Origin: Ginglymostoma cirratum
Lineage: Eukaryota
Assembly: GCA_024137785.1 (NCBI GenBank)
Contig: JAHRHZ010000130.1
Span: forward strand, 1,562,614-1,626,613
Length of the DNA stretch: 64,000 bases
Reading direction: 5' to 3'
Of this stretch, positions 41,451 to 51,429 are shown piece by piece (the stretch's first letter is position 1; each line of letters opens with the position of its first letter). The notes under the pieces were generated by a model. The model did no database searches. It was not told where the DNA came from and was given only the letters and a program-made list of their open reading frames with translations. A program made the translations under genes and the position numbers.

Positions 41451-42529
41451 AATGTGCCCAATGATTTGTGGCTCCGTGCAGTCATTTGAAGACACAGGAC
41501 AGAAATTCGTGACCCTCAATGGACGACATCCTGGAACTGAGGTGCTGCCTACCACTGCCAGAGGAAATATGCAGCAGGGATCACATATGGTTGTCCTGGG
41601 TCTGTTGTGAATTTCTATTCTGGACCGACACAATGAATTTTGTAACTCCTTTCACAGGGGTTTAGAAGGCAAATATTTATGCATAACTCAAACTCAGAGA
41701 AGTATTTGTCTTTTCTCAAAGCTTATGCTGGATGGACTTTTGTAAAATCATTTGACAGGATATTCCAAAGGATTTGCCATCAGCAAATTCCAACTAAGCA
41801 ACAGTGTAATATCTGACAGAATCATTCAATTCATCAGGACCTGGATATATCAGTCTTTCATTGTAAGCATTCAGATCCAGTTTGAAACTGCTTGCTGCAT
41901 GAAATTTCTTCCTTTCATCCACCTTATAGATCTTCCCAAAATTTGAAATCTCTGTCCTCTAACCCTTTTACGATAATTTAAAACTAACATTTTATTTCCT
42001 AATCTTCTCTAAACCAATCAGTCATTTGCATCCCTCCATAAAACTCCATCAACCCATTTGTCAAAACTAGCAATGCAACAAAAGTGCCACATTCCCTCAA
42101 ACCATTGTGCTAAATCTCCTGTACCCCTCTCAGAGATCTTACCATCCACAAAGTGTGATGATCTGCTTTGCACAGCCACGGATGCCATGTGTTCCTCATC
42201 ATGTGCTGTCTTACTGCAGTTGCTTGCACTCCTCTTTTCCTTAGAGCCCAGTGATTGTCTTTAGCTAGTAATCAAGTTCCTCTTTGTTGTGCTAGTTTGA
42301 GCTGGAAGACAAGCTGCTCAGTATGACCCTGAGGATACTGGAACCCAAATAGGCCCAGCAATTTCTCATTGTCAAAGGGACGTGGATCCAACTCCCATTG
42401 ATGAAGGAATGGTAATCTGTGTCCAAATCAATAACATAGAGAAGATGAAATCCATCCCCAGTGTGAAATCCCTGCTGTGAGTCTTGGAGGTGTTGCTTTA
42501 CCCATGCAGCAGCTGCTCTTGGCTTTCTA

Positions 42530-42760
42530 GATTGTGGGGACTGTGCTATAAAAACTCTAAGGATCTGATGTCTCATGAACATGTTCACACTGAGAATACC
42601 AGATGCTCTCACTATACAATTGGGTTCAGGCGATCATCTGACTTCACTGTACACCAGCAAATTCACACTGGGGAGAGGCCATTCACCTCCTTTGTGTGTG
42701 GGAAAGGATTCACTCAATCATCCTACCTGTTAAGACACCAACAAAGTCAGCCCTGACTGT
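42530..42760 (+). pseudogene. C2H2 ZNF relic (2-3 decayed fingers)
   Basis: [30 protein letters not shown] with Cys/His losses. A pre-finger exon relic lies at ~41640-41870. Confidence 0.8.
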
Positions 42761-43204
42761 GTTTTTGCTGCTGTTAGTCACATCTAGGACTGAAAGATTT
42801 TCACTCAGAGTCAGTTGGAGCTTGATCCTGATCTCAGATGTACCTGTTCATTAATGGCGTTACCACAATATCTGTCATTATGTGTGAATAGACCATTATA
42901 TCTGTAATACATCATTTTAAAATTGAAATCTATTCAGCATCAACATTGAAACGAAAATGGACAATAAACAAATCACAATTCAGTCTGGCAGCTCTATTTT
43001 GACAGGAGAAAGTCAGTTCTGTGCCTCAAGTTAAGGCTGTGTAAGCTCTAAATGTTAGGAATCTCAGGCTCCTTATATCTATCAAATACTGACAGAATTC
43101 CTCCTATACTAATCTCACCAATTGATCGCCTCAGACTCTGCTCTCTATTGTGATGAATACTCAGCAGCCATTGCTGCTGATTTACACTGAATCACTCACT
43201 GACC

Positions 43205-43680
43205 TAGAGTCATAGCGTTATATAGCAGAGAAACAGACCCTTTGGTCCAAACAGTCCACGCTGGCCATAATCCCAATCTAAAATAGTCCCACCTACCTGC
43301 CCTTGGTCCATATTCCTCCTACTATTTCTTCTTCATGTACTTATCCAAATGTCTTTCAAACATTGTAACTGTACCTGCATCCACCAGTTCTTCTGGAAGT
43401 TCATTCCACACACAAACTACTATGTGTAAAAATATTGTTTCTCCTGTCCAACATGTGCCCCCTAGTTTTGAAATCTCCCACCCTCGGTAAAATATACTTA
43501 GATTTAACCTTATTTATACCCTCATGATTTTCCAAACTTCTATAAGGTCACTCCTCAACCTCCTATGCTCCAGCCAATCCAGTCTCTCATTATAAATCAA
43601 ACCTTCCATTCCCAGAATCAACATGGTAAATCTCTTCTGAATCCTCTCAAGCTTAATAATATCCTTCCTATGACAGGTCA
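43205..43680 (-). mobile_element. CR1 LINE 3' end
   Basis: Reverse complement of the HER1-like 3' UTR and RLR.DLIEV motif. Confidence 0.75.
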
Positions 43681-43697
43681 ATAACTTTTACAAGTTG

Positions 43698-43870
43698 GGG
43701 TTGGGTAGCTCAGTTGGCTGAATGACTAGTTTGTGATGTGGAATGGTACAACTAGTGTAATTTCAATTTCTACACTAGCTGATGTTACCATAAAGAACTC
43801 TCCTTCTCAACTTCTCTATTTGCCTGACCCCCCACCACTATTCGAATGGGAGAGCAGCCATGAGGTCCAG
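43698..43870 (+). mobile_element. Decayed tRNA-headed SINE (third family)
   Basis: GGGTAGCTCAGTTGGCTG A-box-like head with a non-tRNA body. Confidence 0.45.
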
Positions 43871-43951
43871 TCGCACTGTGGTGTATCGTGACATTGGCCC
43901 AATTTATTTAATTTCACGTACTCAAAAATCCTAGTCTGGAGAACATTTGTG

Positions 43952-44820
43952 CCTCACCACAGAAACCACTCATTGTACTCCAGGGGACACCTCACTACTG
44001 AAACTAGGATGGGGCTGGATGAACACAGCAGGTCAAGCAGCATCATAGGAGCAGGAAAACTTGANNNNNNNNNNNNNNNNNNNNNNNNNNNNNNNNNNNN
44101 NNNNNNNNNNNNNNNNNNNNNNNNNNNNNNNNNNNNNNNNNNNNNNNNNNNNNNNNNNNNNNNNNNNNNNNNNNNNNNNNNNNNNNNNNNNNNNNNNNNN
44201 NNNNNNNNNNNNNNNNNNNNNNNNNNNNNNNNNNNNNNNNNNNNNNNNNNNNNNNNNNNNNNNNNNNNNNNNNNNNNNNNNNNNNNNNNNNNNNNNNNNN
44301 NNNNNNNNNNNNNNNNNNNNNNNNNNNNNNNNNNNNNNNNNNNNNNNNNNNNNNNNNNNNNNNNNNNNNNNNNNNNNNNNNNNNNNNNNNNNNNNNNNNN
44401 NNNNNNNNNNNNNNNNNNNNNNNNNNNNNNNNNNNNNNNNNNNNNNNNNNNNNNNNNNNNNNNNGACGTTTCGGGCCTAAACCCTTTTCTGATGAAGGGT
44501 TTAGGCCCGAAACATCAAGTTTTCCTGCTCCTATGATGCTGCTTGACCTGCTGTGTTCATCCAGCCCCATGCTTGTTATCTCGGATTCTCCAGCATCTGC
44601 AGTACCTTTTATCTCTCACTACTGAAACTGTTCACTTTACTCTGGGGGGTAACCTCACCACTGAAACTGCTCACTACTCAGTGGGGAGACCTCACCACTG
44701 AAACTGCTCACTGTACTCCATGGAAAACCTCACCATTGAAACAGCTTACTGTACTGCGGATAACCCTCAGCACTGAAACTGCTCACTGTACACCAGGGGA
44801 AGCCTCACCATTGAAACTGT
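43952..44820. repeat. ~38 bp minisatellite (~7-8 units) split by the Penelope insertion
   Basis: Consensus CTCACCACTGAAACTGCTCACTGTACTCCAGGGGAAAC. Confidence 0.85.
44007..44615. mobile_element. Fold-back (inverted) Penelope terminal-repeat insertion inside a minisatellite
   Basis: The left arm is the reverse complement of the right arm, with the centre at ~44465-44515. It is flanked by a duplicated CTCACTACTGAAACT. Confidence 0.75.
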
Positions 44821-44970
44821 GGTGCTAGTTTTTAAGATAATGAATCCCCAACATCATCTAGTTCAGATAAAAGGGTAGCAATTTGAATTTTTCATCCAAT
44901 TTCCCTCCAAATCTGTCAAGCCTGCTGAGTAGTTCCAACATGTTCTGTTTTGAGACCGGGTTTCCACATC

Positions 44971-45055
44971 TGCTGACGCCTGGGATGTCCCCAAATGCGG
45001 GATACTCGACTGCAAAATTTGTGGTAGTGGGGGACTGCGTTCGCGCTCTCCCCTG
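44971..45055 (+). ncRNA. RNU1: U1 snRNA, 3' half only (truncated/pseudogene)
   Basis: TGCTGACGCCTGGGATGTCCCCAAATGCGGGATACTCGACTGCAAAATTTGTGGTAGTGGGGGACTGCGTTCGCGCTCTCCCCTG matches the U1 stem III, Sm site (AATTTGTGG) and stem-loop IV through to the mature 3' end. The 5' half (ATACTTACCTGG, stem-loop I and most of II) is absent. A 3'-box-like GTAACCCGAAAAAAGA follows. Confidence 0.9.
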
Positions 45056-45056
45056 C

Positions 45057-45830
45057 CTAATGTAACCCGAAAAAAGACTGTTTCTTGTGTTTTACTCGGC
45101 TTTTCGATTCTTTCCTCAAACCTTCCAGAATATCGTCTTCGAGCTCCTTCACGGCCGAAGCAAGGGCCACATCATACCTGAACCGTCTAGAAATGGTTTC
45201 CATTGGGTAATCATCTACACATTGTGTCCAGCCACTCAGACCATCTATAATTCCCACTTCAGTGTTTGTTGAGACATTTGCCAGAGGGGGCTGCCATTCA
45301 AATGAATAATAACCTGGCAACAGTATTTTTTCTGCATTTCGAAGTGCATGCAGCGGCTGGAAGATCTGCTTCCCAGTTGTTGCTTTGACTGTCCTATACA
45401 TTTTATGATACTGACTACAACTCAGAAATGTGTTAACTCTAATGGCAAGGCAGACTGCTGGTTTCAGTTCGGATCCTTTCCCCTGCATTAAAGCTTCCAG
45501 CTCATCTGCTTGCCTGTGCTCATTTCCAGCTCTGAGTGCCAGAAGTAACAGAGTCAGACAAACGGACTTTACATCGCCATCTTCCTCTTTGTCTGCAAAA
45601 GCCTTCACCTGAAGTTTCAGGTTTCGCAGACGATGTTTTTGAGCTCTTCGGGTTAGAGAAAGCAAATGTAGTCTTGGACGGCCCCCCTTGCTGACTGCTG
45701 AGTAAGCATGCTTCATTCTCGTTTCTTTGTGATTTTGGGCATGATTCGAATATTCACCGAGTCTCACCTCCATTTCACAGTCTGTCACTGGACACCTTAG
45801 CACAAGTGAATTGAGAACATTTATGAACGC
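45057..45830 (-). pseudogene. RAG1: Partial RAG1 (V(D)J recombination-activating protein 1) copy: zinc finger A + nonamer-binding domain + DDBD/pre-RNase H region; truncated at both ends
   Basis: The translation ([12 protein letters not shown])CPVTDC...HAQNH...[22 protein letters not shown]...[26 protein letters not shown]...[14 protein letters not shown]...FEWQPPL...RRFRYDVAL...ILEGLRK is unmistakably vertebrate RAG1 (roughly human residues 347-583, from memory). Homology ends ~45111, followed by a non-RAG tail [17 protein letters not shown]. There is an in-frame TGA just upstream of the homology and no upstream ATG; the track start is GTG and the first ATG is internal (MEVRLG). Confidence 0.93.
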
Positions 45831-46069
45831 TTGATTTCAGCTCACTGTGGATCAGAATACTCAGACTTAACTCAGACTTTGCTGTCCAACTGAATGAGAC
45901 ATCAGTGAATGCTGCCTCATTCGACAAAAAAACTCATTGTCAGATGCTCCATCGGAGCAATTTTAAAGAGATATTTGCATCCTGAGTCCAATTTTGCAGA
46001 TCGTCCCTGTCCTTTGATAAGTAAGAGGGATTATCCCTTTTCTGGGGAGAGCAAAAAGTGCCTCAGTCC

Positions 46070-46290
46070 TGTTCTGGGGTAAATAAAACTAACTGTCCTG
46101 TCGTGGGGGTAGGAAAGCTACCAGTACCTGGCCTGCGGACTGGAAAAGATGCTAATCCTTGCCCTCAGGACAGTAAAGATGCTGATCCCTGTTCTGGGGA
46201 CAGTAAAGATGCTGATCCCTGCCTTGGGTTCAATAAAGATATTGATCCCGGCACTGGGGACAGTAAAGTTGCCGATCCCTGACCTGGGGT
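46070..46290. repeat. 30-bp minisatellite (~7 units, progressively degenerate leftwards)
   Basis: CTGGGGACAGTAAAGATGCTGATCCCTGTT repeated; translates as GDSKDADPCS. Confidence 0.85.
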
Positions 46291-46339
46291 GTTCCTTGAA
46301 CATGAGCCTGGACACAGGTACCTGACACTCGAGCTCCAA

Positions 46340-46810
46340 TAGACAGAACGGAAAACGCTGGGGCCAATCAGGAACTCAGGCTGGGGCAGTGGCGTGGCAT
46401 ATCACAACGAGGGGCCCTTGTGATTGACGTCTGCTGTCGACCAATATAACGAGACTCTGATGTCATATGGCCCATTGGGCGGGTGGGGATAGCCGTTCAA
46501 CCAATTGGAGTGAACGAGTGCTGGTAATCACGTGATCACCCGACGCCTTGAAGGTACCGCGCATGCGCAATATAGGGGCAGTGGGCTTTCGGAGAGTGGG
46601 TTTTGTTATGAAGTGGGCGTTTACAGCGGAAGAGAATGGGAGCTAGTGTAGGTTGGGAAGTTTCATAAACACGCGGTGTAGGCTTCCACATACTAATGGA
46701 ACATTGGGTTCTGCGTTTGCTGCAAAAGGGAAAACGACGACTGACCCCGGTCAGTGACAGAGGTGGGTTAACGTCGCCATCTTCGTTAGGGACAATGTGC
46801 TGCGAGATCG
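46340..46810 (+). promoter_or_regulatory. CpG promoter/first-exon module copy, potentially bidirectional
   Basis: CCAAT at 46364, 46441 and 46501 plus an ATTGG; TGACGT; E-box CACGTG at 46529; NRF1 CGCGCATGCGCA at 46558-46569; YY1 GCCATCTT at 46776-46783. Confidence 0.65.
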
Positions 46811-47067
46811 TGAATGTATCACGTAACCAGTTGTGGTCCCAACACTGACTCCTGTGGAAATCACCAAGTTACTGGCTGCCGTCCTGAAACAGACCTTTTA
46901 TCCTTACATTCTGCGTTCTTCCAAACAGCCAATTCTCTATCCATTGCTAGTACCTTGCCCATGATACTATGAATTCTTATCTTGTTGAGCAGCCTCCTGT
47001 GTGGTACCTTTTCAAAAATAAATCTGGAAATCCAAACAGATCAGGCCCATCGAGATAATAGGACCTT

Positions 47068-47820
47068 AGACCTTCCACATCAAACAGATGTTCACCTGCA
47101 TAACTGCTAATGTGGTATACTGTATCTGCTGTTCCCAATGTGGCCTCCTCTACATCGGGGAAACCAAGCGGAAGCTTGGGGTCTGCTTTGTGGAACACCT
47201 ATGCTTGGTTCACAACAAATGACTGCACCTCCCAGTCGCAAACCATTTCAACTCCTCCTCCCACTCCTTGGACGACTTGTCCATCCTGGGCCTCCTGCAG
47301 TGCCACAATGATGCCACCTGAAGGTTGCAGGAACAGCATCTCATATTTCGCTTGGGAATCCTGCAGCCCAATGGTATCAATTGGACTTCACAAGCTTCAA
47401 AATCTTCCCCTCCCCCAACCGCATCCCAAAACCAGCTCGTCCCTGCCTCCCTAACCTGACCTTCCTCCCATCTATCCATTCCTCCCACCTCAAGCCCCAC
47501 CTCCATCTCCTAACTACCAGCCTCATCCTGCCTCCTTGACCTGTCCGTCCTCCCTGGACTGACGTATCCCCTCCCTAACGTCCCACCTACACTCACATTT
47601 ACTGGCTCCAACCCCGCCTCTTTGACCTGTCTGACTCCTCTCCACCTATCTTCTCCTTTATCCATCTTCTTTTCGCCTCCCCCCTCTCCCTATTTATTTC
47701 AGAATCCCCTGCCCCTCCCCCATTTCTGAAGAAGGGTCTAGACCCAAAACCTCAGCCTTCCTGCTCCTCTGATGCTGCTTGGCCTGCTGTGTTCATCCAG
47801 CTCTACACCTTGTTACCTCA
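47068..47820 (+). mobile_element. Penelope-like element 3' end (GIY-YIG plus terminal repeat)
   Basis: QMFTC..ANVVYCICC..CGLLYIGETKRKL...PVANHFN; pyrimidine-rich UTR; CTGAAGAAGGGTCTAGACCCAAAAC. Confidence 0.85.
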
Positions 47821-48456
47821 GGTCTATCAACCCTCCTTTGTCAAACCTGATCATTACCTCCTCAAAGAATTCCAACAGATTTGTCACGCATGACCTCTCC
47901 TTGACAAGACCATGACGACAGCCCTATTTTACCATGCACTTCCAAGTCCTCCCCAATCGCACCCTTCAAAAATCTTACTAATAATGGAGGTCTGGCTGAC
48001 TGGCTGAGGATTTCCCAAGTTTTGTCCTTCTTCCTTCTTATGCAGGGATGTTACATTACCCATTTTCCAGCCCTCTGGGACGCTCCCTGATTCCAGTTAT
48101 TCCTGAAAAATCACCACCAATCCCTCCACAATCTCCTCAGCTATCTACTTCAAAACCCTGGGTTGTCATCCATCCAGTCTGTATGATTTATCCATATTCA
48201 AACCTTGCAGCTTTCCCAGCACCTCCTCAGTGCTGGCCATGACGCTTATGATCTACGCCCTGATTCTTGAAGTTCTGGGATGTTATTGGTGTCTACCAGT
48301 CTGAGGATTGACACAAAGTACCTAATCAGTTCAACCCCCATTTCTTTGTTCCCCATTTCTGTATCTCCAGTCTCATTTTTCAGTAGTCCACTGCCCACTC
48401 CTGCCTCTCCTTCCTTTTATATATGTAAAAAAAAAACTCTTGCAATCTCCTTTTCT

Positions 48457-48688
48457 CGAGCCTCAGGCAGCTGTCTGTGTGGAGTTTGCACATTCTTCCT
48501 GTGTCTGCGTGGGTTTCCACTGGGTGCTCTGGTTTCCTCCGCAGTCCAAAGATGTGCAGATTAGGTGGATTGGCCATGGGAAATGCAGGATTACAGGGAT
48601 AAGGTAGGGGTGGGATGCTGTTCTGAGAGTCAGTGTGGACCTGTTGGGCCAAATGGCCTGTTTCCTCACTGTAGGGATTCTATGATTC
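48457..48688 (+). mobile_element. HE1-like V-SINE, 5' truncated
   Basis: V-domain and tail present; tRNA head missing. Confidence 0.8.
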
Positions 48689-50449
48689 CATGGCCCATAG
48701 CCTTGTATGATTTGGCATCAGAAACATACATCTGAATACTTCTTAATTGATATGAGGATTTCTGCCTCTACCGCCCTTAAGGCACGGAGTTCCAGATTCC
48801 CAACCCCTGTTTGATAAAAGAATTTCCTCAAGTCATCTCTGAACTTCTTGCCTTTTATCTTAAATTTATGCCTCCAGTCATTGATCCCTTCACCAAGGGA
48901 AAAAGGTTTCTTCCAGTCTTCCCCTGTGTATGCCCCTGTATACTTTATACATCTTAACAATGCAATTAAATGTCCCCAAAATGATTCAGGGAAGTTTCAT
49001 GATATTTGATGCTGAGTCAGAGAAGGTGATATTAAGAAAAATGTTTAAGTATCTTTAATCAAGACAGTGTGGAGGAGAGGTTGAGGAAAGGAATTACAGA
49101 GGTTCACACACAGGCATGGCCACCGCTAATGCAGTCATTAAAATGTGGGAGGATAAAGATTCAGATTATTGGAGTCTAGGTCCCTTACAGGGTGGTGTGA
49201 TTGTATATGATGGTCAAGGCTGTGGAGGTAGGTAATAACACGGATGCTAGTTTTAAATCTGGCAGTACTTGCCCAAGAACCAACGTCTGCCAGTGAAGAC
49301 CAGGGTAATGGGTGAAGGGAACTTGATGCGACACACAGGCAGCAGAGTTGTGGATGATCTCATGACTCCAGGTGTGGGCAGATCCAGAAATGTATTGGAT
49401 GCAGAATGCATGTTGTCTAATGCAACATGGACATGAATGAAGGTTTCAGCAGCAGATAAGCTGGAGTAAGGTGAAGACTAGACATTTTGAAAAATGAAAT
49501 TACTGTTTGTGGATGTGCGGTTGGAAGCTCACCTTGTGTCAGAAATGACAGCAAGATTGTGAAGAATGTGGTTCAACCTCAGACAGTTCCCAGGGTGAGG
49601 GATGGACTCTAGTTAGTACACAGAATTTGTAATAGTTACTGAAGACAGCAGCCTTTTGGATGTGGAATAAGGAATTTAATACTTCAGTGGAGGAATGGAG
49701 AGGGATGGTGGTGAGGTAGAGCTGGATCTTGTCAGTGAACGTGTGAAAACTAACATGGTGCATTTGGATGATGTCACTTGTTGGCAGCATGTAGATGAGA
49801 AACAGGAATGACTGAGGATGGATACTTGAGGTATACCAAATACAATGACTTTAGAGAGGAAAGGGAGAATGGAGATGGGGTGGGGTTTGCAAGGACAGTG
49901 GGAATAAAAACTGCTTTTTCTCTGAATGCCTGATGATGGTGGATGTAAAGGAAACAATGAGAAACTGGAGACAGAAAAAGTCATGAAAATGATCAATTAA
50001 AATAGGGGAGTTGAATTGTCTGCAGTTAAGTGAGTACGGATCAATGTGATCTCTGACAGGGCATGACGAGAAAACTAGATAAAAGGTGCAAGTTCAGAAC
50101 CAAGGGAGGAAAAGGTTGCAAGGGAATTTGGCAAGTGGAAGGGAGGGATGCAGCAGAAGCAGCTGATTGGATCATCTCAAACTCAGTGAGAAAGCTGCTC
50201 CAGGAGCTCCTCCCACTTGTTGTTTGAGATGACGATGCAGGGGAGAGAGAGAAAGAGCACTTTGAAAGGAACGAGCTTGTTTTAAAGATACTTTAAAAAA
50301 ACACTTCTCACATTTTATGTTTACTCCAAAGCTGGCTGATTTCACTTTTATCCAGCATGTTAAAACCTACAAGTGAAGTGGAGTTTATTAAGATCAGCAA
50401 ACAAAAAACCCTGATGAAATAGGTTCATTTTTGAATATGATTAACAGCT

Positions 50450-51425
50450 AGGCATGAGGAGTATACTTAAGATGGAAATCAGGAAGGCAAAAAGAGGACT
50501 TGATATAGCTTTTGCAAATAGGGTTAAGGAGAATCCAAAGGTATTCTACAAATACATTAAGGACAAAAGGGTAACTAGGGAGAGAAAAGGGCCCCTTAAA
50601 GATTAGCAGGGCTGCCTATGTGTGGAACCGCAGGAGATGGGAGAGATGCTAAATGAGTATTTTGCACCAGTGTTTACTGTGGAGAAGGATATGGAAGATA
50701 GAGAGCTTGTGGAACTAAATAGCAGTATCTTGATAAATGACCATATTACAGAAGAGGAGGTGCTGAATGGTCTAAAATGAATAAGGTGGCTAAATCCCCA
50801 GGAGCCTGATCAGGTGTACCCTAGAACTCTGTGGGAAGCAAGGGAAGTGATTGCTGGGCCCCTTGCTGAGATATTTGTATCATTGATAGCCATAGGTGAG
50901 GTGTCGGAAAACTGGAGGTTGGCTAACGTGATGCCACTACTTAAGAAAGGTGGTAAGGAAAATCCAGGGAACCACAGACCTGTGAGCCTGACATCAGTGG
51001 TGGGTAAGTTGTTGGAGGGAATCCTGAGGGACAGTATTTACTTGTATTTGGAAAGACAAGGACTGATTAGGGATAGACAACATAGTTTTGCGTGTGGGAA
51101 ATTGTGTCTCACTAATTTGATTGAGCTTTTTTGAAGAAGTAATGAAGAGGATTGATGAGGGCAGAGTGGTGGACGTGATCTATATGGACTTCAGTAAGGC
51201 ATTTAGCAAGGTTCTGCATGGTAGACTGGTTAGCAAGGTAAGATCGCATGGAATAGAGGGAGAACTAGCTATTTGGATACAGAACTGGCTTGAAGGTAGA
51301 AGACAGAGGGTGGTGTTGGAGAGTTGGTTTTCAGACTGGAGGCCTGTGACCAGTGGTGTCCCACAAGAATCGGTGCTGGGTCCACTGCTTTTTGTTATTT
51401 ATATAAATAATTTGGATGTGAACAC
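50450..51425 (+). mobile_element. CR1 LINE ORF2 (RT) fragment
   Basis: [54 protein letters not shown]. Confidence 0.9.
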
Positions 51426-51429
51426 AGCA

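Noticed and set aside
42310-42530. Peptide resemblances to aldehyde dehydrogenase (DPEDTGTQIGPAIS) or an RT motif (QQGF)
   Set aside because: Isolated short similarities on opposite strands with no extension.
43952-44820. 38-bp repeat array as a CRISPR array or as an array of RSSs (contains CACTGTA)
   Set aside because: Units are head-to-tail with no unique spacers and there are no cas genes in this eukaryotic DNA. The heptamer-like motif lacks the essential CAC on the functional strand (it reads TACAGTG) and has no nonamer.
45057-45850. Intact RAG/Transib (ProtoRAG-like) transposon
   Set aside because: The protein is vertebrate-type RAG1, lacks the catalytic core, and I found no paired TIRs, TSD or RAG2-like gene.
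45900-45935. ATCAGTG...ACAAAAAAA as an RSS
   Set aside because: The spacer is 16 bp (not 12 or 23) and the heptamer lacks CAC.
46685-46705. CACATACTAATGGAAC resembling U6 snRNA
   Set aside because: Short, gapped match inside the promoter module, with no further U6 similarity.
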